This document shows, piece after piece, positions 30,420 through 39,013 of a DNA stretch of 64,000 bases. The position numbers were made by a program, and so were the translations under genes. Below the pieces are notes generated by a model. It did no database searches, was not told the origin of the DNA, and was given only the letters and a program-made list of their open reading frames with translations. This DNA is from Syntrophorhabdaceae bacterium. GTDB taxonomy: Bacteria; Desulfobacterota; Syntrophorhabdia; Syntrophorhabdales; Syntrophorhabdaceae. Location: positions 1,280,001-1,344,000 of the forward strand of contig OY762209.1 in assembly GCA_963665295.1 (NCBI GenBank). Direction: 5' to 3'. Numbering within the stretch: position 1 is the first letter of the stretch; every line of letters starts with the position of its first letter.

Positions 30420-31412
30420 TCACTGGTTAAGGATCGCCCGGTAGAGCCCCTTTACTACCTCCGCCATCTTATCGAAGTCAAGGGTGTCCATCGTATCAGT
30501 GGCGCGGTGGTAGTTGTGGTTTCTGTAGAAGGCCGTGTCTGTCACCATGACCGCCTTGTAGCCGAAACGCCAGAAGCTCTGGTGGTCGGAAAAGTCGATG
30601 CCGGGGACCACAGACGGGGCGGCAACCGATTCCACGGGTATTGCCGATGCCTCGGCCATGAGGCCTTTTACGCGTTCCACCAGGTCGCCTTGCCCCCACT
30701 TCCCTACCACGGCGATGTAATTGCCCTTGTGGGGATAAAACCAGCCGAGAAAGAAAAGGGGGTAGCTCTGTGACTCGGGCGCGTCGGTAAAGTAGCCGAT
30801 CATCTCGAGGGCAACCATGGACCGGACCTCGACCCCCGCGTGGGAGAGGGATTTGGCGTATACATAGCTTCCCATGTGACGGGTGCGGAAGAATTGCGGC
30901 TCCTCCAGGGTAAAGGCGACAAAGTCGGTGCGATATATGAGGGGCGGCTTGAGGGTGCCTACGAGACGGGCGAGTTCAAGGAGTCCCGCCACGCCGCTCG
31001 CGTTGTCGTCCGCGCCGGGCTGGTCCCCATGCACGTCATAATGGGCCCCCACGATGACCCGTTCGCCTTTTTCAGGTCCGAAGGAACAGATGACATTTTT
31101 GTATTCCCCCTTGTCGTGGGTGAAGGTCTGGACCTCCGTGCGGCACCCCGTCTTCGTGAATTCCCCGAGGATGTAAGCGGCGCTCTTATCGAGGGAGGCG
31201 ACGTTACGGGCGTTGCGGGGCGGGTCCATCCCGGTGAGCGCCTCAACATGGCGTCTCATATGTTCCTTGCTCACCGGTGTTTCGGCCGCAACGCTGTCCC
31301 GGCCGGGAATCGCCCCGCAGCAGGCGACGAGGGCTGCCGGCACAAGGAGGGAGACCACGATATACCGGGCGAGTTTCAATCCTCTGAGAACCAATTCCTT
31401 CCGCCTGTCCAT
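30420..31412 (-). CDS. M28 family metallopeptidase
   Basis: VGAHYD, GADDNASG, FTLEE, SDH and NYH...D. Confidence 0.92.
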   Translation of the reverse strand: MDRRKELVLRGLKLARYIVVSLLVPAALVACCGAIPGRDSVAAETPVSKEHMRRHVEALTGMDPPRNARNVASLDKSAAYILGEFTKTGCRTEVQTFTHDKGEYKNVICSFGPEKGERVIVGAHYDVHGDQPGADDNASGVAGLLELARLVGTLKPPLIYRTDFVAFTLEEPQFFRTRHMGSYVYAKSLSHAGVEVRSMVALEMIGYFTDAPESQSYPLFFLGWFYPHKGNYIAVVGKWGQGDLVERVKGLMAEASAIPVESVAAPSVVPGIDFSDHQSFWRFGYKAVMVTDTAFYRNHNYHRATDTMDTLDFDKMAEVVKGLYRAILNQ

Positions 31413-31426
31413 CCTGCCTCCTTTCC

Positions 31427-31900
31427 CTATGGGCGCAAGCCTTCCCTGATCCGCTCCAGGGAACCTATGAGAATCTCCATCTCCGATTCGCTCAGGACCT
31501 CCATGACTCTATCCACCTCTTTCATGTAAGCGTCCTCCACGTGGTCGAGCACTTCCCTGCCTTTGGGCGTCAGGCGCACGGCATTGTAACGGCGGTCGCC
31601 GGGAACATCGGTGCGCGTCACAAGCTCCGCCTTCTCCATCCTGTCGACAAGGGACGTCACATTCGAAGGGTGCACCACGAGCATCCGGCTCAATCCAGCC
31701 TGACTGAGTCCCGCCTCCCGGTCCGCCTGATAACAGAGAAGCTCCATGAGGTTGAATTGAACGTCCGTGATCCCGTAAGGCAGGAAGAATTGCCGGGCTC
31801 GTTTTTTGAGCATATCCCCCGTGTGATAGATGTTGAGGAGCGTTTCGTGGGCAACCGACGTGATCCCCGCCTTCAGTCCAAGTTCCTTTTCCAGCTTCAT
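31427..31900 (-). CDS. MarR family transcriptional regulator
   Basis: GITDVQFN, NVTSLVDRMEK and DRR...LTPKG. Confidence 0.93.
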   Translation of the reverse strand: MKLEKELGLKAGITSVAHETLLNIYHTGDMLKKRARQFFLPYGITDVQFNLMELLCYQADREAGLSQAGLSRMLVVHPSNVTSLVDRMEKAELVTRTDVPGDRRYNAVRLTPKGREVLDHVEDAYMKEVDRVMEVLSESEMEILIGSLERIREGLRP

Positions 31901-32151
31901 CCTTAAATAGTTCCCCTATAAATAGTTGATATATAAACTATCTGCCCGATCAACAGGCATGTCAAGATTTATTTCGGAGGTTTTCTACGCCCGTCTTCGA
32001 CATAGCTTGGCAAAATCTCATCATGAGTCAACCGGCGGGCATGTGTTCCACGCGGACCGGACGCGGGAAAGACGGAAAAGGTCCGTCCACTCTTTCCTGT
32101 CCATGTTCAGAGGTCAGGGATAGGGCTGTGATACTTCCTTATGGGCTTCGA

Positions 32152-33432
32152 TCATCTCCTGCCTTTCCCCGATATGCACGTATCAAGCATGTCCTCTCGT
32201 GCATTGCATTCAGAGACTGCGCCCTGTTGTTTTCCTATGGTCTTGCACCATCCGGAATGATCGGCTTCCTTCCCGTGAAACCGGATGCTGTTCGTCTTGT
32301 CGTAACCGCAACCGAGGGACAGGTTTTCGTTATTTTGTGCAATGGCATCCCTGCTGTACTGAGCGCAACTGGAAGCGCTGTTGTCGGCATATTTGCATGG
32401 CTTCCGGGTCCGGACTTTGCCTGTCTGATCCGCCTGCGCAAAGGGATTGCTCTTTTCCTCCGTGTAGAATGAGTCCGACGCCTCACCCACGTTCTGCCAG
32501 GTTTTACCGTTATCCTTCGTCTTGACCACGCGGAGCATCACCTTGTTGAGTCCTTTCTGGGGAATGGTGAAAGTGAAGGTGGTCTGGTTGTAGCCTTTTG
32601 TCCTCACCTGTCCGTTGAGGTACCAGTAATACCCGTACAGGGCATTGCCGGACCATGCGTCCGATTCCACCCTGCCCTGATATGTCGCCTGTTTGCCCAC
32701 TTGATTGGGGAGTTTGCCGGAGACAAATATCTTCACCGTTTCCAAGGGGAGCTTTTGCTGCTGACTCGCCTGCTGCTGACTTGCCTTGGCGCCCGCGAGG
32801 TTCTGTTTTATCTCGTCGCAGGACCTCACCACCGACTTGAGTTGTCCCTCCAGGCGGAAGCATTCGTCCCGTTTCTTCGAACTTTCGAGGCAGGCGGCAT
32901 ATTCCCGTTCCTTTTTTGCGATGAGTTCGTCGAGTTGCTTGATAGCCCTGGACTTTGGGTCGGTGATCGGATTTCGGCCGGCCTGCAAGTCCTCTAATTG
33001 GTCCTTCAAGTTATCCATCTCCTCCCGTTCGCTCCGGCAGGACAACCCGTAATTTTCACAATATAGTAAACGCTCCGAGAGTTGGGAAATCTGCTTTTTG
33101 ATCCCCTCCATCAAACGCTCCGGCGTGACAAATGACGGCATGGGAGTATTAAGGCGGGTGGCCCGCTCTTTCTTCTTCTTGTCCATGTAATCCTTGATCT
33201 GATCACACGTTTCATTTCTGGTCGGCGCGTAGGGACATTCCTTCAGGATTCTTTGATTCAGCCGATCCCAGCTTGCCTGGCAATCCCTGAGGCCTGTTTC
33301 GAGTTCCTTAACAGTAGCGGCTTCAGTACGGTCCAAAGCGGAAAAGGCGAACAGTGAAAGGGCGACGGCGAAACAGATAAACGGTAAAGAAACGGGGGAC
33401 CTCGTGGTTTTCCGCGAAAACAGGCCGGCCAT
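32152..33432 (-). CDS. Hypothetical secreted protein (coiled coil + Ig-like + Cys-rich C-terminus)
   Basis: Long ORF with GGAGG RBS, signal peptide, helical Cys-spaced region, beta-rich segment and CAQY..A..Q..N..LGCG...H..WC tail. Confidence 0.75.
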   Translation of the reverse strand: MAGLFSRKTTRSPVSLPFICFAVALSLFAFSALDRTEAATVKELETGLRDCQASWDRLNQRILKECPYAPTRNETCDQIKDYMDKKKKERATRLNTPMPSFVTPERLMEGIKKQISQLSERLLYCENYGLSCRSEREEMDNLKDQLEDLQAGRNPITDPKSRAIKQLDELIAKKEREYAACLESSKKRDECFRLEGQLKSVVRSCDEIKQNLAGAKASQQQASQQQKLPLETVKIFVSGKLPNQVGKQATYQGRVESDAWSGNALYGYYWYLNGQVRTKGYNQTTFTFTIPQKGLNKVMLRVVKTKDNGKTWQNVGEASDSFYTEEKSNPFAQADQTGKVRTRKPCKYADNSASSCAQYSRDAIAQNNENLSLGCGYDKTNSIRFHGKEADHSGWCKTIGKQQGAVSECNAREDMLDTCISGKGRR

Positions 33433-33686
33433 GCACCCTCCATGAGTCGGATTGGATACCCGTTCCTATGTCCTCAGTCCTGACGGCTTTGCGTGGACAC
33501 CGCAGCAGGCCTGCTCCCCGGGTTCAGGCTCAATTATCATATAGGAAGAGATGTTTTTCAACGAAAATAGCATGGATGTCTGTTGGTGATATATCATCTG
33601 TTCCACGGAAACCGATTACACGCTCTGCCATCTTGTCGGCCTCGAAGGATATCTGTGCCCACATCGCAACCATCGCCTTTCTCCCG

Positions 33687-34823
33687 TCACAGGACCCTCT
33701 TCATGCCGGGAATGAGGCGTATGAGGTATGACACGAGGAACGATCCCGGTATCGAGAGAAGGGACACGACGGCAAACAGGGTAAAAGGCCCGGCCTGCAC
33801 AGGGTCAAATGCATACTGGAGGGCAACCACCACGGGTACGTGAATGATGTATGTCCCGTACACGTTTTCCGCGAGAATCCGGGCAACAGGCCCCGTACGA
33901 TTGAAGAAGGCCCGGAACAGGGCGAGAAGTCCTATTGAGACCCCCACGCACAGCAAGGCCTCCCTGTATTCCCAAAGAAAGAAGGCGGCCCGGCGGCCCC
34001 TCGAGTATAGCTGGATAAGGGAGACCACATAGACGCCCAGGCCGGGGACCAGCCAGAGCATGTTGCGGGGCGTGGTAAGGGTCTCCAGGAAACGCCCCCT
34101 GCAGGCAAGAACGCCGAGGACGAAAAAAGACAGGTACTGCGGCATGTGTGCAGGTTCCATCTGTATGAATCCGAGAAAGAATATCCACCGGTCCATGGGG
34201 AACCCCCACGGGCCCCGCATGACGTGGGTGACAAACCCCAGGATCGCAATATAGACAAGGATCGCGTAGAGCCCCACGTCCCGGGGCGTGGAAGTCTGCC
34301 GGGAAGGCGCCCATTTTTGCAGGGCTGTTCTTATTGCCGCGTAGAGGACCGAGTAGACAAGCAAGTGCTCTATGAACCATAAATGGGCGATATTGAACAC
34401 GTTGCGAGGGTCCGCCGCATCCGGGGTGTGTCCCAGCCAGTGCCGAAAATAGAAATCATGGAAACTTATGCAATTCGTATAGTGCGCGTACTTCACATAT
34501 TCCATGACGGGAACCATAAGAAAGGCCCCGAAGAGGAGGGGGATGCCGAAGCGGATCAGCCTGTCGGTAACGAACCTGCGGGCCCCGTGGCGATCGAAGG
34601 ACGAAGGAAAAAAATATCCTGATATGAAGAAGAAGAGCCCCATGAAGAAGGACGCGTTGAAGTGGAATAGAAGCCCCAGCGACTTTACCCGGTCACCGGG
34701 ATATGAATAAGGCCAGACCCCGCCCGTTGACCCGTATGCCTGCCCTACATGGTGTATGATGACGAGAAATATAAGGGCGACCTTCAGGTTGTCGAGGTAG
34801 TAAAGGCGCCTCTCGTCGGTCAT
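33687..34823 (-). CDS. Acyltransferase family 3 (OpgC-like) membrane protein
   Basis: RLYYLDNLK, VIIHH, FFFISGYF, HLWFI and YIIH. Confidence 0.92.
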   Translation of the reverse strand: MTDERRLYYLDNLKVALIFLVIIHHVGQAYGSTGGVWPYSYPGDRVKSLGLLFHFNASFFMGLFFFISGYFFPSSFDRHGARRFVTDRLIRFGIPLLFGAFLMVPVMEYVKYAHYTNCISFHDFYFRHWLGHTPDAADPRNVFNIAHLWFIEHLLVYSVLYAAIRTALQKWAPSRQTSTPRDVGLYAILVYIAILGFVTHVMRGPWGFPMDRWIFFLGFIQMEPAHMPQYLSFFVLGVLACRGRFLETLTTPRNMLWLVPGLGVYVVSLIQLYSRGRRAAFFLWEYREALLCVGVSIGLLALFRAFFNRTGPVARILAENVYGTYIIHVPVVVALQYAFDPVQAGPFTLFAVVSLLSIPGSFLVSYLIRLIPGMKRVL

Positions 34824-34858
34824 ATGCTCATCACCTGCGGTCGGCCGGCCTGACCCGG

Positions 34859-35359
34859 TCAGTCACTTGCCGAAAAACCTTCGTGAAACACCACAGTTCC
34901 TCGAGGTATTTTTTCGCTGAACGGCAGGGCGAGGAAGACTTCCTGCGGAATACCCTCGTAAATAAATCCCGGAATATTCCTGAAACCGAACCTTTTATAA
35001 TAGTTCGGGTCGCCCACAAGAGCACAACCCCGGCCGCCCCGCGCCTTGAGCAGGGACAATCCTTCGCGGATAAGCGCTTTCCCGATGCCTTGTCTGTGCA
35101 GTTCGGGCAGCACGGAAACTGGGCCGACGCCATACCAATCCGGGGTGCCGTCGGAAATAGTCACAGGCGAGAAGGCTATGTGACCCACCACCTGTCGATC
35201 ATCCTCCGCAACCAGCGAAAGGGCCAGCGCATTTCCTTTCCGTAACGCCTTTATTATGAATTGCTCCGTGTGACTGCTGATCGCAAGAGTCCGAAAGGCA
35301 GCGATGGTAACTTCGGATATTGCCGCAATATCCGAGACTGTTTCATTCCTTATGATCAT
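34859..35359 (-). CDS. GNAT N-acetyltransferase (YhbS-like)
   Basis: VGHIAFSPV, GPVSVLP..RQGIG and LVGDPNYYKRFGF. Confidence 0.93.
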   Translation of the reverse strand: MIIRNETVSDIAAISEVTIAAFRTLAISSHTEQFIIKALRKGNALALSLVAEDDRQVVGHIAFSPVTISDGTPDWYGVGPVSVLPELHRQGIGKALIREGLSLLKARGGRGCALVGDPNYYKRFGFRNIPGFIYEGIPQEVFLALPFSEKIPRGTVVFHEGFSASD

Positions 35360-35530
35360 TTTACCTCCTGTCTTTCACTTCCCCACGACGGCGGGCAATG
35401 ATCCGCCCCAACCGGCTGTTTCTCAAGAATACTATTATTTAAAAGGGTACCTTGTCAATGATGCCCGGCTCGTTCCTCCCCGGGGATTTCTGCGGAAAGG
35501 CCCTGGAATATGCTATCTTAATCTCCGAAC

Positions 35531-36724
35531 ATGGCAAGACCTGCACCCATATACGGACGCCTTTCATCGCCCTGGTTCATGCTGTTTGTGGTCCTTGCCG
35601 CCAGCCTCGCGGCCCCTCTCAACCAGTTCAAGGTTCCCCCTGTTATGCCCCTTCTCATGGATACTTTTACCCTTCCCGTGGGCAGGGCCGGTCTTCTCAT
35701 GTCCGTTTTTTCCATCACCGGCCTTGTGTTCGCCATCCCCGCAGGCTTTATTTACCAGAAGCTCGGCTACAGGGCCGCCTTTCTCATTGCCTTTGCCTGT
35801 ATGATGCTTGGCGGCATTACGGGGGCGGTGAGCGCCGACGCGGGGACCATGCTCGCCGGCCGTGTCGTCGAGGGGATGGGCCTCTGCCTTATCACCATGG
35901 CGGCGCCGCCCCTGATCCGCCTCCTTTTCACCCGGGAGAAAAGGGGCCGGGCGATGGCTGTCTGGGTCGTCTATGTTCCTCTCGGCCAGATGATCGTGTT
36001 CGGCGCCGCCCCGTATATTACCGCGGCGTGGGGTTGGCGGGGAATCTGGTGGTGGGCCCTTGCCTTTACCGCCCTTGCAGGTCTGCTCTTTTTCCTCTTT
36101 GTCAGGCCGGTCTCCTGTGAAAACGATCCGCCGGAGGCAGGGGCCGGGATGAAAGAGATGGGCCGGGTGCTTTTTCGCAGGGACCTGTGGCTCCTGGGCC
36201 TTCTCTTTCTCACCTTCAATTTTGTGTTCATCGCCTTCAGGACGTGGATGCCCACGTTCCTCTTACGAGTAAAGGGCGCCCCTGCAGGGTACGGCTCGTT
36301 CCTCATGGCCCTCATGTCCGTCTTCATTATCGCCCCCGCCCCCCTTATAGGGCGGGCGTGCGACGCGATAGGGTCCCGGAGGCTCGTCTGCATGTTCTCC
36401 ATGCTCGTCTTCATGGCCATGCTGCCCCTCTCCTCCTCCTTAAGCCCCCCCATGCTCATTCCCTGGCTGGCCGTGTTGGGCGTGATCTGCGCCTTTCTGC
36501 CTACCGCGGTCTTTCTTGCCGCCACCGACCTGATCCAGGACGAAAGGTTCGGAGGCCTGACCATGGCCGTTATCCAGTTGGGTCAGAATGCGGGGATGCT
36601 CCTGGGCCCGCTTGTCTTCGGCATGATCGTGAGTGAGACCCGGAGTTGGTATGCCGCTTTCTGGATGCTCGCACCCGTGAGCGCGGCAGGCGCTGTGGCC
36701 GCCTTCTTCACAAAGGTGCGTTAG
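35531..36724 (+). CDS. MFS transporter
   Basis: About 12 hydrophobic segments with G...KLGYR and GRACDAIGSRR motif A. Confidence 0.9.
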   Translation: MARPAPIYGRLSSPWFMLFVVLAASLAAPLNQFKVPPVMPLLMDTFTLPVGRAGLLMSVFSITGLVFAIPAGFIYQKLGYRAAFLIAFACMMLGGITGAVSADAGTMLAGRVVEGMGLCLITMAAPPLIRLLFTREKRGRAMAVWVVYVPLGQMIVFGAAPYITAAWGWRGIWWWALAFTALAGLLFFLFVRPVSCENDPPEAGAGMKEMGRVLFRRDLWLLGLLFLTFNFVFIAFRTWMPTFLLRVKGAPAGYGSFLMALMSVFIIAPAPLIGRACDAIGSRRLVCMFSMLVFMAMLPLSSSLSPPMLIPWLAVLGVICAFLPTAVFLAATDLIQDERFGGLTMAVIQLGQNAGMLLGPLVFGMIVSETRSWYAAFWMLAPVSAAGAVAAFFTKVR

Positions 36725-36815
36725 GGGCCGGTTTCATTGTGTCCGGCCGGGTAACAAGCCTTACCGGGGATATACCCACGAGGGGTTCGGGATGGGATGG
36801 TTCGGGGGGCGACGA

Positions 36816-36887
36816 CCGGGCAGGCAGGGGTTTTCCTGGATGTCCCCTGACGTTGAAATGTCGGCCCATGACCCGATTCCATTGCCC
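36816..36887 (+). repeat. Dispersed non-coding repeat, copy A
   Basis: 62/72 ungapped identity by hand alignment to 42308-42379. Confidence 0.85.
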
Positions 36888-36992
36888 CTGAACCTTCCGG
36901 GACCGGCCTTTTTTGGGCCGGGCAGATTCCCTATTGACATTGACCCCCTCATTGGTTTATGAATTTGAAACGCGAAAAAGGAGGTAGTAACG

Positions 36993-37166
36993 ATGGCAAC
37001 AACAATTAATCAAGATGACTGCTCGGGCTGCGGTATGTGTGCTGAGGCGTGTGCGGCCAATGCTATTACTGTAGACGACGTGGCTTCGGTTGATGCAGGA
37101 CTCTGTACGGATTGCGGGACCTGCGCTGATGAGTGTCCTGTAGGAGCGATAACCAAAGCCGAGTAA
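36993..37166 (+). CDS. 2[4Fe-4S] ferredoxin (57 aa)
   Basis: Hand translation gives MATTINQDDCSGCGMCAEACAANAI...CTDCGTCADECPVGAITKAE. Strong AGGAGG RBS. Below the ORF-track cutoff. Confidence 0.96.
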   Translation: MATTINQDDCSGCGMCAEACAANAITVDDVASVDAGLCTDCGTCADECPVGAITKAE

Positions 37167-37364
37167 ACGGCCGACAGCTTTCGATTCTCCGGTTCATCCG
37201 ATGCGCCCCGGGGCTGTATGATTATAACAGTCCCGGGGCCGTCTTCCTCCAACCTCCCCTTGCCCGGACTGACAGATGAGGTCCTTTCCGACGCAACGTC
37301 CGCCACAATGCTCCTCGTGTCCTGCTGTCGTCCTATGAAGAGGGAGGGATAGAAAATGAGTTCG

Positions 37365-37392
37365 ACATTTCCGGCATCGTGCCGGGAAATGT
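37365..37392. terminator. Hairpin between convergent genes
   Basis: ACATTTCCGGCA-tcg-TGCCGGGAAATGT inverted repeat. Confidence 0.5.
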
Positions 37393-37403
37393 GAGGGCGA
37401 TCT

Positions 37404-37763
37404 CTATCGCTCGCCGTGGGCGTGCGATTCGACCACCAGGCCGTTTTCACCGAACAGGAAGAACTCGGCGCACAACTCACCGCCAAGCCCTCTGTAGTGA
37501 ATGACTACGCTCTCCACGCCCTTGAGCACGGCCACGAGTTCAAAGTGGAGGTCGGGCCGCGCAGCAAGCGCCTTGACCCAATAGGACCGGACTTCCCCTT
37601 TGCTGTTTAGTCTCCCGCTGCTCCCCGGGATGAACATTGCCATTTTCGGAGAGGAAAACTTCAACGATTCGTCGTAGTACGACATGACGCGCTCCATGTC
37701 ATGGCTGTTCCACGCCTCAATCCACCCGATGGCAAACTTTTCGTAGAACTCGCTGTTCCTCAT
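37404..37763 (-). CDS. SnoaL/NTF2-like protein
   Basis: WIEAWNSHD, FSSP and YW.KAL..PDLHFEL. Confidence 0.88.
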   Translation of the reverse strand: MRNSEFYEKFAIGWIEAWNSHDMERVMSYYDESLKFSSPKMAMFIPGSSGRLNSKGEVRSYWVKALAARPDLHFELVAVLKGVESVVIHYRGLGGELCAEFFLFGENGLVVESHAHGER

Positions 37764-37766
37764 GGC

Positions 37767-38186
37767 TCACCTTCCGTAGTGTGGAACCTGCTTTTCCCGA
37801 TAGTAGAGGGGACAGAGGCCTGATGAACCGGGAATATAACTGCGGCATACCGTGGTGCGTGCTTCGTAAATCCCGCAGGAGGCGGATGCCCCGTCCCACT
37901 TGAGATACACGCAGGTCATCCGGCAGGTCTTTATATTTGCCCCGAACTTGTTGACAAGCCGGTCGTCGGACCACGTCACGTCGTTATCCCGCAGGCGGGC
38001 AATAATATCATGACGCCCCTCTGTCTGCCACCGCCTGACGTCCTCGAGAGTGACGTAGGCGATCATATCCAAATGGCAGCAACTGCCGCACCGGCGACAC
38101 GCGATATCCCTATCCTCTTTCACTTCACCCTTCCCCATGAGATAACAGGCAGGACCCCGTGTCCGGGTTTGCGACAAGGCCTCCAT
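37767..38186 (-). CDS. YkgJ family Cys-cluster protein
   Basis: CRRCGSCC, CVYL and CGIYEAR..VCRSY. Start uncertain. Confidence 0.85.
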   Translation of the reverse strand: MEALSQTRTRGPACYLMGKGEVKEDRDIACRRCGSCCHLDMIAYVTLEDVRRWQTEGRHDIIARLRDNDVTWSDDRLVNKFGANIKTCRMTCVYLKWDGASASCGIYEARTTVCRSYIPGSSGLCPLYYREKQVPHYGR

Positions 38187-38236
38187 CGCCCGAAGGGCGT
38201 CACCCGGACGCCCCCGGAGTCTTCCTGAATTTCTGT

Positions 38237-38833
38237 TTACTTCGTACCCTTAGGTGCCCCGCGGTTCTTCTGCGCCCCCGGCATTCCGGGCATGGTGACC
38301 TTGGCATATCCACTCGGAACTTCAAAAAGACTGTCCGCCTGGCCTCCCATCTTGATGTTGCGGTACTCCATGGTCCAACTGCCGTCAAGGGCCGCCATCT
38401 TTACCGGGAATTTGATGTCCGTCGCCATCCACTGATACATCTTCTCCGTCTTTCCACCCGTGTTATAGGTTATCTCGTACTTCTGCGTGGGATGGCCGTC
38501 GATCGTCTCGGACCCGACCAGTTTCCTGCTGACTTCGCCCTGGACCTTTTCGTCCACCTTCGGCTTTGCCGTGGGCTCGGCTTTCATCTCCATATATGAT
38601 TTCTGAGCCGGTGTGACGATCCAGACCACGTCCTTGTCGCCCCTCATGATCGAATACCCCTGCTGACCCTGTCCCTCCATGCGGACTTTCTTGTCTTTGA
38701 TAAACATTTTGGAGGTGTTTGTATTACCGCCCTGGGTCGAAACGACATTTGCGGAAAACTCCATGGCCCACGCGCATACTGCGAAACAGATCGCAATTGC
38801 GGCCACGCCTGACGCGAGAACTGCTCTTTTCAT
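38237..38833 (-). CDS. Exported DUF4412/LolA-like protein
   Basis: CAGGAGG RBS, signal peptide, VGSETIDGH..KY and LFEVPSGY. Confidence 0.8.
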   Translation of the reverse strand: MKRAVLASGVAAIAICFAVCAWAMEFSANVVSTQGGNTNTSKMFIKDKKVRMEGQGQQGYSIMRGDKDVVWIVTPAQKSYMEMKAEPTAKPKVDEKVQGEVSRKLVGSETIDGHPTQKYEITYNTGGKTEKMYQWMATDIKFPVKMAALDGSWTMEYRNIKMGGQADSLFEVPSGYAKVTMPGMPGAQKNRGAPKGTK

Positions 38834-39013
38834 AAATCCCTCCTGAATGAACGTTAAAATAACTGTAGTCATAAATAATCCGGGCGCCTTAAGAGGGCCG
38901 GATTTTCTATCTGTAACATTGGAGCAAGCAAAGCGCCTCCTTGTCAAGAAGAAAGGTTCGGTCCCCGTCCCAGACAGGCCGCCGGGCTATCCCGTTCTTC
39001 CGTGATACCCCTG

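Noticed and set aside
33440..33535. ACGCAAAGCC on the minus strand, suggestive of a c-di-GMP-I riboswitch
   Set aside because: The upstream GGCAAA/GAAA-tetraloop stem and the downstream receptor helix are not present.
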